This document shows, one piece after another, positions 26,382 to 38,845 of a stretch of DNA of 64,000 bases. The DNA is from Hypanus sabinus. Taxonomy: Eukaryota. A program made the position numbers and the translations under genes. The stretch covers positions 127,286,001 through 127,350,000 of the forward strand of contig NC_082708.1 in the NCBI RefSeq assembly GCF_030144855.1, read 5' to 3'. Numbering within the stretch: position 1 is the stretch's first letter; each line of letters starts with the position of its first letter. The notes beneath the pieces were generated by a model that did no database searches, was not told the DNA's origin, and saw only the letters and a program-made list of their open reading frames with translations.

Positions 26382-27145
26382 CAAGGGGTGATACATAAGA
26401 TTGTGGCCTAAGGTAGAAGGAGTCAATTTTAGAAAACCTAGCACATTTATTTTTCAACATAGTCCCCTCCTACATTTATACAGTCCAGTGTTCGTGGAGC
26501 ATACAGATCTTGGACCTTCAGAAAGTGTCCACTGCAGGGGTGATTGATAGGTTCGTGGTCTAAGGTAGAAGGAGATGTGTTATTAACTTCAAACTTTCTG
26601 TATAAGAACTCAAAGAGTTGACCTGCATGTGTAGTATGTGTAGGCCTCTGTTAGTCTCAATAGACCACTGATTTGCACCTTGGAAAGTTTCCAGGGCACA
26701 AGCCTGGGAAGGGTTTTTTTTAATGGAAAACCAGCAGTTGCTCAAGCTGCAAATCTCCCCTCTCCACGCCACCGATGTTGTCCAAGGGAAGGGTGTCATT
26801 GCAGAGCAATGTGTGGTTAAGTGCCTTGCTCAAGTACACACACACAGCCTAAGCCAAGGCTCGAACTAGTGACCTTCAGATCACTAGACAAATGCCTTAA
26901 CCACTTGGCCATGTGCCAACATGCATGTAACTAGAGCTGTGTAACTCACCTCCTTCTACCTTAGGCCACAAACTTATCAATCACCCATCTGTGGACACTT
27001 TCTGGAGGTCCAAGATCTGTATGCTCCATGACCGCTGGACTAAGTGTATAAATGTAGGAGGGGACTATGTTGAAAAATAAATGTGCTAGGTCTTCTAAAA
27101 TTGACTCCTTCTACCTTGAGCTATAAACTTATCAATCACCCCTCA
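26382..27145. mobile_element. Mariner-derived palindromic MITE with ~200-bp arms and four TIR motifs
   Basis: TA TSD at both ends; TIR (c)GAGGGGTGATTGATAAGTTYGTGGCCTAAGGTAGAAGGAG at 26382, ~26536, ~26985 (rc) and 27145 (rc); each arm carries the transposase C-terminal codons (..KCINVGGDYVEK*). Confidence 0.92.
26631..26921 (-). mobile_element. tRNA-derived CORE-type SINE with RTE-like 3' part, inserted in the MITE
   Basis: A box TGGCCAAGTGG, B box AGTTCGAGCC, CORE-like cttgagcaaggcacttaacc; probable TSD TGCATGT. Confidence 0.88.
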
Positions 27146-27619
27146 TATATTAGGGCAGAGATTTATTCTATCAGCTCCTCTAACACTACCATAACTAGCT
27201 GGGTATATATGCTCTCATATCTTCTGTATGAAGGACCTTTTGAGTGCAGCAACTACACCGGATGATCAGAAAGGTTTTCGAGAATGGTGGTGAGTTTGGT
27301 CAGTATAGGTGGAGATTATTCCTTTTTTTCCAAATTTTGATGAATGCTTTTGGTGAGGTGGCTTAATCATCATTCCCTGGGTAGGGTCCAAAAGCACATA
27401 AGTCAATCAAGATTTGACCATGAAATCCCTAAGTTTGGTGAGTTGATCTAATAGCAGCATTCAAAGTAATTTGGAAATAGGATTACTGGATTTGACATGA
27501 TGGTACTGGTGAAACATGACAATGTATTGCAGACAGCTTACAAAATTTGAAATATACTTCTGCACTACTCTCACTATGATTTGTGTCTGTAATTTCCCTT
27601 TAAGCAACATAATTTTGAA

Positions 27620-29360
27620 CCAACTTAATGAACTAGCAATTTCACGACCTTCTGAAGTGCTGAGCAGATTTAACTATCAATCATGCAGGTATGGCACCTT
27701 TAAGCAGACTAAGGAACATCACCATGGCCAAAAGAGAGGGAGGAGGGGAGGACTCCAAGCCAGACTGAAGTGCTGGGGAATGTATCTTCCTCACCCAACA
27801 TCTTGTTAGCAAATGTACAATTGCTGGAGAACAGTTCTGACTACTTGAGGGAAAGATTATTGTATTGGAGGAAAATGAGGACTTGCTATGTTCTGTGTTC
27901 CACAGAGACATAGCTCACTCTGGACACAATGGATACATTGGTAAAACCTGAGGGCTTCTTAATTCACCAGATGGACTGGATTGCTGATTTGGAGAAGGCA
28001 AAAGGTGTTTCATGATAAGCTCTTTGCGTGCTCAAACATATTGGTCTTGTCACACTCTTTGTCCCCTGAACTGGAAAATCTAATGATTAAATGCAACTAG
28101 TCTACTAACCATGAGAGTTCTCCTCTGAGATCCTGACCATGGGTTATATACCACCTAAGGCTGATGTTAAGCAGGCACTCAATGTATTGATCAGCAAATA
28201 AGAAACATCCTACTCCAATGCATTGTTAAGGACTCCATCAGGCTTGCTTGAAGAAATAGCTACCCAATTATCATCAGCATGTCATCTTCAGCACCAGGGG
28301 TCCCAACAAACTTGACCACTGCTATACTGCTATTAAAAATGCCTGGCGTTCCATGCCTAGAACTGCATTTCGGGATATCTGATCACTTAGCTGTCCTCCT
28401 ACTAGGACAGAGGCTGCATACAGGCAGAGGCTAAAGAGCAAAGCTCTAGAGATAAGGACAACAAAGAGGTGGTGATGGGAGGAAGATCAGTGGCTACAGG
28501 ATTGCTTCAAGTCAGTGGACTGGCCGTGTTCAAGGTCTTATCATAAGATCTGAATGATTGCACCACAGTTGTCACAGACTTTGTAAAAACAGTCATAGAT
28601 GAGTGCGTACCCACAAAATAATTCAGAGTCTTCCCTAACCTGAAGCCCTGGATGAACCATGATATCTGCAATCTGCTGAGGGCTAGATCAGTGGCATTCG
28701 GGTCTGACAACCAAGTTAAACACAAGAGGTCCAGGTACAATCTCTGGAAAGCCATCTCACATGTGAAGTGGCAATTCTGGACCAAAGTTGACTCTCTGAT
28801 GAATTTTCGACAGCTGTAGCAAGGCTTGAATGCTATCATCTCCCACAAAGTGATATCAAGTGACAATAAGGCTTCACTCTCAGATGAGCTCAATGCCTTT
28901 TATGGTCTCTTTGACCATCAAAGTATGCAAGCACCTTCACGAACTCCCATGGCCCCCAAAGTCCCTATGATTTAAGTCTCTGAGACCAGCCATCAAAAGC
29001 ATCAGACCTAGATGGGGTAAGTAGCTGAGTACTAAAGACCTGTGTTGATCAAGTGGCTGGAGTGTTCACCAACATTTTTAACCTCTTGCTTCTGCAGTAT
29101 GTGTTACCAACCTGCTTCAAGAAGGCTTTAATCATACCAGAGCCTAAGAAAAAAGTGGTAAAGTGTCTCAATGACTATCATCCTGTAGCAGTTACACCCA
29201 CAGTGATGAAGCCCTTTGAGAAGTTGGTGATGAAACATTTCAACTCCTGCCTAGAAAGTGACTTGGTTTAACACCAATTTGCCTATGGTCACAATAGGTC
29301 AACAGCAGATGCCACTTCTTTGGCTCTTCACTCAAATCTGGAACATCTAGATGGCATCCA
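27620..29360 (+). pseudogene. Rex1/Babar LINE relic (endonuclease + RT N-terminal half)
   Basis: KRGRRGGLQARLK; FPNLKPWMN; [46 protein letters not shown]. Confidence 0.9.
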
Positions 29361-29580
29361 AGATCAACGATTCTACATTCCAAGGAATAAAGACTCAGGT
29401 TGGCCAAAGCTCAGGGCCTCAATCATAGTAACAGCCTCATAATTAATTCTGATTTTTTGAAATATCCTATCTACATTGTCATCAACTCCTTCAGATTCTA
29501 CCACTCAGTTGCATTCAAAAGGAATGAGTCATTTGACCACAGTTAGCCTAAAAGCCCAATCTTCTTCGGGAGGTTCAGTT

Positions 29581-29710
29581 CAGATAATTGTGTCACCCAT
29601 ACAGATGATTGTGTCTTCAATATGACCATAGTGTCATCATACAGATCAACATATCATCCATACACATCATTGTGGCAAACAATAGATTATTGTGTCATCA
29701 GTACAGATCA
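29581..29710. repeat. Degenerate ~20-bp minisatellite within a V-SINE remnant (~29480-29765, minus)
   Basis: Recurrent unit like (a)cagatgattgtgtcatccat; the flank gtcacagagagaatctgcaaactgcacacaga is the rc of the V-domain. Confidence 0.6.
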
Positions 29711-30171
29711 CCCACACCGTCACAGAGAGAATCTGCAAACTGCACACAGATAACACCTGAAGTCACACAAATTACTCTTTTATCCTAATGGAGTTTGCAT
29801 TATCTCAAATGGATATTTTCAGTGGACAGCATTGTCTCTTTGGTTAGATCCCGAAGCCTACCCACTATCTTCCTCATTCCAGTCATCAACCACAGCTGCT
29901 CAGCACAGATACAGCAAAAGTTACACATACCTGTACACTAGTGGAAAAATGCAATTGGAGATGAAGATGAGATGTTTTTACTTGTGTACATTACAGGCAC
30001 TATGCCTGGCAACATGTGTTTACCAGGAAGGGTTTGCCTTTAAGGGATGGCACCTTTCTCTTATTGCTGTATTGCAATTTGTTGGGAAATGTATGAAACT
30101 GGGTGAAATCCTATCAGGAACCACACAAGATCCGTTTAATGTCTGTTCCAGGTATCAATTACCCTAAAACG

Positions 30172-30700
30172 ATTTCAATGTTCAAAGTAAATTTATAATC
30201 AAAGTACATACATGTCACAGTATACCACCAGAGATTCATTTTCTTGTGGGCATTCACACTAGAGATAAAGAAATACAATAGAATCAATGAAAAGACAGTC
30301 ACAAGAAGGATGGACAAACAACCAATGTGCAAAAACAAAAAAGAAAAAATAGTAATAAACAAATAAGCAATAAATATTGAGAACATGAGATTATAGAGTC
30401 CTTGAGAGTGAGTTCATAAGTTCTGCAATCAGTTCAGTGTTGGGGGGAGTGCAGCTGAGTGAAGTTATACCCTTTGGTGCAAGAGCCTGATGTTGAGGGG
30501 TAATAACTGTTCCTGAACCTGATAGTGTGGGATCTGAAGCTTCTGTACCTGATAGCAGCAGCAAGAAGAGAGAATGGCCTGGATGGTAGGCTTCCAGTGA
30601 CAACGCTCTTTGTAGATGTGCTCATTAGTGGGGAGAGCTTTACCCATGACTGGCCTAAGCTATATACATTCTGTTCATCAATTTTGCAATTTCTTTTGCC
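30172..30700 (-). mobile_element. Rex1/Babar LINE 3' end
   Basis: HPGHSLFLLLLSG / RYRSFRSHTIRFRNSYYP; 3' UTR with (ACTTTG)-type tail. Confidence 0.88.
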
Positions 30701-31741
30701 AGGATTTGACATTAGCATTACAAACAGCAATGCTTTATCACACCAATGATAAGGGTAATTCAATTTCTAGGAATTGTTGCTTTAAAGTTAATTCAAGATC
30801 TCAGCTTTCAATCAACATTTAAAAACCTTTTCTTTTCTCTCTTTTCCCATGTTTACTAAAGACATTTAAATCTCATATCAAAGACACAGTTCGGAACAGA
30901 GGAGGAGGGTGTGTTGTGAGGTCATTTACCTCAGCTGTTCATAATTGTATTATAAACAGTTGGGAGAGATTGAAAATTGTTTATGAATATCAGCAATCTC
31001 CTGATGTTCACTCACTGCCAATGATTCGTTATGACTCAGAGATAGCTTGCGCAGTAAATTTAGTTTGTTTTGATTCAGTAGAATTTAATAGGTGCATTAA
31101 GAGCAGTATAATGTAGGTGAAAGGCCAACAAAGCTGCTCGCAGGACAGAACCTGATTGTGTATTGTATGAACCACAGTACCTAAATTGTCCTTTGTTCAG
31201 TGGTCTATTGCCAGAAAATTAACAGCACACTACAGATGATAACAATTTTGCAGCTCGTACAAAATTGACTGCCCAGAAAGTAAATTAAGAATTGAATCAG
31301 ATTTTTTTTATCTACACGTACGACCATCTAAGATCGACTTCATCTTCAAGCTATCTTTATAGCTATTATTGTGCACATGTTTAAATTACCTAGAAAATAA
31401 GGCCAGATGGAAACTACAATGCAAGGTCATGGAGAGGACAGAGTGAGTCAAATGGATTTGCCCTTTCCTTTTGGTGCATGTAATAAGCTGTAACATTCAT
31501 TGCCTTTTTCTATTAGATTGAATTTACCTGCTAAGCAATATAATATAGATTTCTGAGTAACTTAATTGAAACATCACAATTTGACAATTCCTGCCATTGT
31601 ATTCCTGTTGAATCATATTTATATATAGTATTTCACACCATTCTTTTTCCAAAAGTGAACTGCATGCACGTTAAATAAAGCCAGAGGTGATCTCCTTGAG
31701 TTGGATGGTTTGCGTCAGTGTAAAAAGAAATCACTCCAAGA

Positions 31742-31803
31742 CAGGGGCCATGGACCAACAGCATTAAACAAGGGGTCTGTGGACCCCAGGTTGAGAACCC
31801 CTG
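31742..31803. mobile_element. Tiny hAT/Charlie-type MITE remnant
   Basis: CAGGGG…GGTTGAGAACCCCTG termini; 8-bp flanks CTCCAAGA/ATCTAAGA (6/8 match). Confidence 0.6.
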
Positions 31804-31995
31804 ATCTAAGAAGAAAGGAATTGTGCATCTAAACCTCTTCCTCACCAGCTTTAATTCTTGCAATGTTATTGTACTTATAAAATAATATGATTTTATCATT
31901 ATTATTTAAAAAACAAAGAGTCCAAGCATTGACCTGACATTGCTTAATTCATGCATATTCAATGGAAAACACAGCTTCATTTTTCCCCAGAGAAT

Positions 31996-32284
31996 GTATG
32001 TATGTATGTAGTGCGCCTTGGAAAGTTTCGAGGGTGCAAGCCTGGGCAAGGTTGTATGGACAACCGGCAGTTGCCCAAGCTGCAAGTTTCCCCTCTCCAC
32101 GCCACCGATGTTGTCCAAGAGAAGGGCACTAGGACCCATACAGCTTGGCACCGGTGTTGTTGCAGAGCAATGTGTTGTTAAGTGCCTTGCTCAAGGACAC
32201 ACACACCGCCTCAGCCAAGGCTCGAACTAGTGACCTTCAAATCTCTAGACGAACACCTTAACCACTTGGCCATGTGCCAACACA
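31996..32284 (-). mobile_element. Full-length CORE-type tRNA SINE with RTE-like 3' part
   Basis: Same family as 26631-26921; (ATAC)n tail; perfect 9-bp TSD CCAGAGAAT. Confidence 0.92.
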
Positions 32285-32956
32285 CCAGAGAATACAATAT
32301 GGACACCTATTGGATATTAAACATTTGGAATACACAAGGGTACAAATGCTCATTTTGGTTAAATTTTCCATCAATGGACAAAGTATTTTGCTTATGAAGA
32401 AGAAAACATAGTGAAAACCCTTTTAAAAGTTACTGTTTGATTTTTGGAGGTTCTGCACCCTTCTTTACTGGGGCTATTCTGGTTTTCATATCTAATAACA
32501 ACATTCCAACCCCTTACACTCTTAACTGTCCATCTGAGAGCCCAGTTCCTAGGTAAGTATGTTGTTTATTGCTGAGGTGTTTGAAACAGGAAATGGATCC
32601 TTGTAGATTCTTTTAAACTGTTGCGTTTATTCTCTCTAAGAATCTCTTTCATCTTCAATAAATGAAAAATACATCAACTCATCCTAGAATGCTATTTCAA
32701 GTTTAAAACATTGAAGTGAAGTATTATTGCAAAATATAGACAAGAAAAGGAATAGTACTTATGTATTCTGTTCTTGTATTTGAAAACCTGCCTTAAAAGT
32801 AATTAAAAGGTCATGAGGCAGAAACTCACTGGTGTTGGACTCATTAGATTCACTAGTGTGACTCACACATAAATTTTGCTTATAATTTCAGAAGCTACAA
32901 ATTATTTGTGTTGATTAAAGGCATGAATAAATATCTTAAAAGAGAGGTTGCATTGC

Positions 32957-34500
32957 AAATCAGAATCAGAACCAGAATCTGGTTTAATATCTGGCATAAG
33001 TCATGAAATATGTCATTCCATGGTAGCAGTACATTGTAATACATAGTAAAAACTATAAATTACAATAAAATAGATATTAAACATAATTAAATAAGTAGTG
33101 CAAAAAGGGAACAAATCATTTTAAAAGACAGTGAAGTAGTGTACATGGGTTCATTGTCCATTCCGAAATCGGATGGTGGTGGGAAAAAGCTGTTCCTGAA
33201 ATGTTGGTTTGCTGGCTTCAGGCTCCTGTTCCTCCTCGTTGATGGTAGCAATGAGAAGAAGGCATATCTGAGGTGATGGAACTCCTTATGACAGATGCCA
33301 CTTTTTTGAGGTATTGCCTTTTGAAGATGTCTTTGATGCTGAAGAGCTGCTGAATTTGCAAATTTCTGCAACCTTTTACAATCCTGTGCAAAGGCCCCCT
33401 TGTACCAATGAGAGATGTAACAAGTTGCAAAGAGACTTTGGTGACATATCAAGCATCTTCAAATTCCTAATGAAATATAGCCACTGTCCTATCTTCTTTG
33501 TAATTGCATTAATATGTTGGGCCCAGAAAAATTTTCAGAACTTGAAAATGTTGATCCCTCGATGAGGACTGGTATGTGTTCTCTTAACTTCCGCTTCCAA
33601 AAATATGCAATGAATTCCTTGCTTTTGTTGACACTGAGTGCAAGGCTATTGTTTCAACACCACTCAACCAGCTGATCTATTTCACTCCTCTACACCTCAT
33701 CATGATCTGAATTTCAGCTAACAATAGTTGTGTTATCGTCAAATTTATAGATGGTGTTTAAGCTGTGCTTAGCCACACAGCCATGGGTGTAAAGAAAGTA
33801 GAGCAGTGGGCTAAGCACGCATCCTTGGGGTGAACCAGTGTTGACTGTCAGCAAGGAGAAGATGTAATTTCTGAACTACACTGGTTGTGGTCTCCCAATG
33901 AGGAAATCAAGGATCCAGTTGCAGCCAGAGGTAGAGAGGCCCAAGTTTTGAAGATTGTCGATTGATACTGAGGGTATAATGGTGTTGAATGCTGAGCTGA
34001 ATTCAATAAACAACAGCCTGATGTAGAGATTGTTATTGTCCAGATGATCCAAGGCCAAGTGGAGAGCCAGTGAGATTGCATCCACTGTAGGCCTATTGTG
34101 GTGATAGGCAATTTGCAGTGGGTCCTAGTACTTGCTTAAGCAGGAATTGATTCTGGCCATGACCAACCTCTCAAAGCAATTCATCACAATAGATGTGAGT
34201 GCAACTGGGTGATAATCATTGAGTCATCTCATTCAACTCTTTCTTGTGTACTGGTATTATTGTCACCCTTTTGAAACAGATGGAAACTTTGGAGTGCAGC
34301 AGTGAGCAATTGAAGATATCCTTGAACACTCCTGTCAGTTGGTTGGCACAGGTTTTCAGTGCCCTATAGGTATACTATCAGGGCTTGATGCCTTGCATGG
34401 GTTCAACCTTTGAAATATGTCCTGAAGCTGGCCTCCAGGACAGAGATTACCGGGTGACCAGATGCTGCAGGGATTTGCAAGGTGTAGTTTTGTTCTCCCA
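32957..34500 (-). pseudogene. Rex1/Babar LINE relic (RT to 3' tail)
   Basis: [47 protein letters not shown]; (GATTCT)n tail. Confidence 0.92.
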
Positions 34501-36665
34501 GGTATCCATCTGAGCTATAAAGTACATGGAATGTCAGGAGCTCAGAAATTTATGGAGGCCACTTTGACCTTCATCTGCACAGAAAGCAGTCCAATCATAC
34601 CAGGCTGGAGCTTTGCTCAAAGTGAGTATCAAAACAGAGTGACAACATTCTTTCAGAATGTTAGTAACTGGATCCTGGATGATAGTGCTGGATTGGGTCC
34701 TTAGTCAATTCCTATAGGATTAACAGTCCTGCCTAGCACACTTCTCTTCCATCTCCATTGGTCTTTTATGGCAAGGCAACAGTCACTTTGAGTAAAGTCC
34801 TCCTTCTCCTGGCTATGCTGCCGAACCCGACTGGTTATTTAGCCATCTCTTATGTGGGTACCAGTGCATTTTTGACTTGATTTCTTGTTATATGTATTTA
34901 ATTCTGACTGCTGAGCAAGTGGTGGTGCCAGGAGTTTCAGTGTGGTCAGCTTCCTCCGAACAGTGGCATTGCAATCACAGTGGTCTGTAAGTCTGCCACA
35001 TGCCATGAAGGCAGTCATGTAATGGAGGGAGAGGGCGAAGATGATGATTTCTTCAGGGGTTTCCTGAGATTGCTCTTCCTACCTTAGCTTTTCAATGCAG
35101 CGATGTCTGAGTGCCCTTGCTTCACAAAGCGAGCCTTTTGTAAATATCCCAGTATCACAGTCCTTATCTTTGATAACAAAGGCTCTTTACTGTCTGTAGC
35201 AGATCACAACATTGGTGTACAGTATATTTTGTAGAATATAAATGTATCATGAAGGTCCACTGAAGATTTTTAAACCAGAGTGAACACCATTACTATCTCG
35301 TACAGAGAGAATAGAAGGCTAAGTGAATACCAAGACTTGTTTGCATTACAGACAACCACAGAGCTCTGAATGCTCCAGCACCGTCCTGGCATCTCTGTCA
35401 AATTCAATGGATCGCCACAGGCAGCATGCCAATTGACAGGTCTATGCTTGGTTTCCTGACAGGTGGAATGAACTTTTCATTCTTTGCTAATCTTTTTTAT
35501 TGCTTTTATTTTTAACCAGGCTCTCACATTACGTGCAACAAAGGCTACCCCTTTCAGACGTTGGCTCATGAATTCAGTCCTGAAGCTGAGCCCAGCTGTA
35601 GCAGTAGCCCATAACAAGGGAAATATCACAGCTCATAAACACCCTCTTTTGCTGGCTGAATGATCGCAACGAGTCAAATAACTTTTCAACAGGTATTTAC
35701 ATCTGTGGCTATCAGATAGTTGCTCCAAAAATGTTGGCATTGTGAGAGACCAATACAACAGCATATAGTGCAGCACAAAGAGGAGGAGGAAAGTGAAGAG
35801 GAGGGACGGGTAGAATGGTATCAATCACTGCTGCTTTTGTGTATCGGAGATCTATGAAAGTAAAGCCATGCCTGAACCATTTCCTGTTCCTCAATCAACC
35901 AACAATTTCACAGTCCTTTACGACCAATCACAATCCTTCAAATCATATTGCAGGTCCTGACCTCTATCACTACTAAAATAACAGCTAATGCAAAATACTG
36001 AACAAGAATCAATTTTATCTGGATATGCATGTATCTAATAGTTACTACTAATTATGGGCCATCATTGTACGAGCCCTTAGTTTGTGGACTTTATTAACAA
36101 ACTAAATATGGCAAGAGGGCTTTTCCTTAACACCACAGTTTGGGCAAAGTTGAGTAAACTACTGTGTGGAACACAGAAGGCCATGATGGAGGGTTTTGAA
36201 CAGCAGTAACTCCAAAGAAACAGCTGCAGACTGCAGCATTTCAGTGTTAATCTGCAATCTGATTTCGCCAACTGTGTGGCCCCAGTTTGCTATTATCCTG
36301 AGAGAGGACAAGATGTGGCCTCTCAGTGATACCAAAACCTTTACCTTGGATGTAGATAATAAGTGACGATGAAACTCTGGGTCTCCAGTTTTGCATTTCT
36401 CTGGCACAAGAATGAAAATAAGTTAAATGGTTCTTCAGCGAAGCAAGCCCTCTTCTTGGAGATACAGCAATATGTCCATGTCTTTAACATGTTAAGTGAA
36501 AGGGAGAGAGCAGCTTTACCTTTTCACAATGATGAGAACGCAAAGAAAAGTGCAGCAATTGAAAATGCTCAAATTTTTAACACAATTCATGTGGAATTAT
36601 AAAGAGGAAAGGTTAGGTTGATCATGGAGTATGAGGGGTGATTGATAAGTTCATGGCCTAAGGTA

Positions 36666-37398
36666 CAGACAGACTTTATTGATCCCGAGGGAAATTGGGT
36701 TTCGTTACAGTGCACCAAACAAGAATAGTGTAGAAATATAGCAATCTAAAACCATAAATAATTAAATAATAGTAGGTAAATAATGCCAAGTGGAAATTAG
36801 TCCAGGACCAGCCTATTGACTCAGGGTGTCTGACACCCCAAGGGAGGTGTTGTAAAGTTTGATGGCCACAGGCAGGAATGACTTCCTATGACGCTCAGTG
36901 TTGTATCTCGATGGAATGAGTCTCTGGCTGAACGTACTCCTGTGCCTAACCAGTGCATTATGGAGTGGATGGGACATTGTCCAAGATGGCATGCAACTTG
37001 GACAGCATCCTCTTTTCAGACACCACCGTCAGAGAGTCCAATTCCACCCCCACAACATCACTGGCCTTACAAATGAATTTGTTGATTCAGTAGGTGTCTG
37101 CTACCCTCAGCCTGCTGCCCCAGCACACAACAGCAAACATGATAGCACTGGCCACCACAGACTCGTAGAACATCCTCAGCATCGTCCGGCAGATGTTAAA
37201 GGACCTCAGTTTCATCAGGAAGTAGAGAAGGCTCTGACCCTTCTTGTAGACAGCCTCAGTGTTCTTTGACCAGTCCAGTTTATTGTCACTTCGTACCCCC
37301 AGGTATTTGTAATCCTCCACCATGTCCACACTGACCTCTTGGATGGAAACAGGGGTCACTGGTACCTTAGCCCTCCTCAGGTCCACCACCAGCTCCTT
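36666..37398 (-). mobile_element. Rex1/Babar LINE 3' end inserted in the mariner TIR
   Basis: KELVVDLRR..YKYLGV..KLDWSKNTEAVYKKGQSLLYFL..FYESVVASAIMFAVVCWGS; AATAAA + (GTCT)n tail. Confidence 0.92.
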
Positions 37399-37427
37399 AG
37401 GAGTCAGTTTTAGAAAACCTAGCACAT

Positions 37428-37538
37428 TTATTTTTCACCCTCCCCCAGTGTTGCCACCATGTCTTCGTGGACCTCCTTGGGTGATAAGCCCTTGAGACCG
37501 AGGTAGTGGATGACTGCACGAAGGCCGATGTTGTCCAT
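37428..37538 (-). pseudogene. Mariner transposase N-terminus fused in frame to its last codons (36-aa mini-ORF)
   Basis: MDNIGLRAVIHYLGLKGLSPKEVHEDMVATLGEG+EK*, cf. mariner first-HTH start MxxxxxRAVIxFLxxKGxxPxEIHxxMxxxLG. Confidence 0.85.
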
Positions 37539-38679
37539 TTTCTCAGACAGTGCTTACCTGCAATCTTCAATGATCTGAAACAGAAATATCACAAAAGTTA
37601 TTAACTTCAAACTTTCTGCACAATCACTCAAAGAGTTGAACTGCATGTGCATGTAACGAGAGCTGTATAACTCATCTCCTTCTACCTTAGGCCACGAACT
37701 TATTAATCACCCCTGCTGTGGTCCACTTTCTGGAGGTCCAAGATGCCGACTTCTACAAAGAAGGGATCCATATGCTCCACGACTGCTGGACTAGGTGTGT
37801 AAATGTAGGAGGGGACTATGCTGAAGAATAAATGTGCTAGGTTTTCTAAAATTGACTCCTCCTACCTTAGACCACAAACTTATCAATCACCCCTCGTACA
37901 TTGATATATGCAGGCACAATATTGTGGGCTGAAGGGTACATACTACACTGTACTATTCTACATTCTATGTACTGTTCTATGAAAAAGATGAGAGATGATG
38001 AAAGCCTGCAAGATATCTTTTCCATTGTTGCTTCTTGCAGTGATCTTTTCTCAGTGCAAGAGATGTCTTGGTAGTTTTCTTTAATTCCACAGAAAATGTG
38101 TAGGCAGGTTGTAATTGACCTGAGAGTGTTTGCTGTCAAGCGAATTACATATCTGATGGAAACAATAACAGGAATGGATTCTGAATGCTCCTGGGTAAAA
38201 AGTTTTCAAGGAAGTGTAGGAAAGGAAGGAAAGGAGAGGCATTGTAATAATGATAAATTGCAGCATCTGGGAGAGAAGATATCCTAGAACAATCTAGAAT
38301 AAGATCAGTCAAGTTAGAATTTGGAAGAGGTATAATCAAACCGGTGTCTGATGCCAAATAGTGAGAGGAATATTAAGGAGTATATTTACAAGGGAACTGC
38401 AGAAATGTGCAGAAGATTATTACTAATAATGATGGACTTCAATTGCACAAACATAGATTAAAATAAAGGGAAGATAATTCTGGTGAGTTGAGTAAATCTT
38501 TATTGATTAGTATTTCTGGTCCAGCTAGAAAGGTAACATTGCTGGAAATGGCTCTGCAAAAGAACTAGACTAACCAGTGCAAGTATCAATGGGGGGAGAG
38601 GGGGGAATCCAGGAAATGTTAATCATGATGTTATAATATAAAGAGTTTGAATGCCCTCCTTGTGGAACAGGTGAGTTAT

Positions 38680-38845
38680 TTTTTCTGGATGCTCCAGTTT
38701 CCTCCCACAGTCCAAAGATGCACAAGTTAGTAGGTTATTTGGTCACTGTAAATTGTCCCGTGGTTGGGCTAAGGCTGCTGGGTGGTGTGGCTCAATGTAG
38801 CAGAAGGGCCTATTCCATGCTGTATCTCTTAAATAAATTAATTAA
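38680..38845 (+). mobile_element. HE1-like V-SINE, 5'-truncated
   Basis: tgctccagtttcctcccacagtccaaagatg…cctattccatgctgtatctcttaaataaa. Confidence 0.85.

Larger units (their letters stand above)
36632..37896 (-). mobile_element. Internally deleted mariner element with an extra inverted copy of its 3' end (three TIR motifs)
   Basis: TA TSDs; TIRs at 36632, 37714 (internal) and 37896; plus-strand 37715-37831 encodes AVVHFLEVQDADFYKEGIHMLHDCWTRCVNVGGDYAEE*. Confidence 0.92.

Noticed and set aside
26840-26921. tRNA-like sequences (also 32200-32284 and 23058-23135)
   Set aside because: SINE heads with A/B boxes, not complete cloverleaf tRNA genes.
29581-29710. CRISPR-like repeat array
   Set aside because: Degenerate tandem units without unique spacers, eukaryotic context, no cas genes.
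32450-32558. Perfect AG|GTAAGT donor with an open upstream frame
   Set aside because: Weak GAG acceptor; a few such 8-mers are expected by chance in 64 kb.
34520-35200. Higher-GC stretch resembling a possible exon
   Set aside because: No sustained ORF; weak minus-strand CEA-RAL similarity suggests a decayed RTE relic, too faint to annotate.
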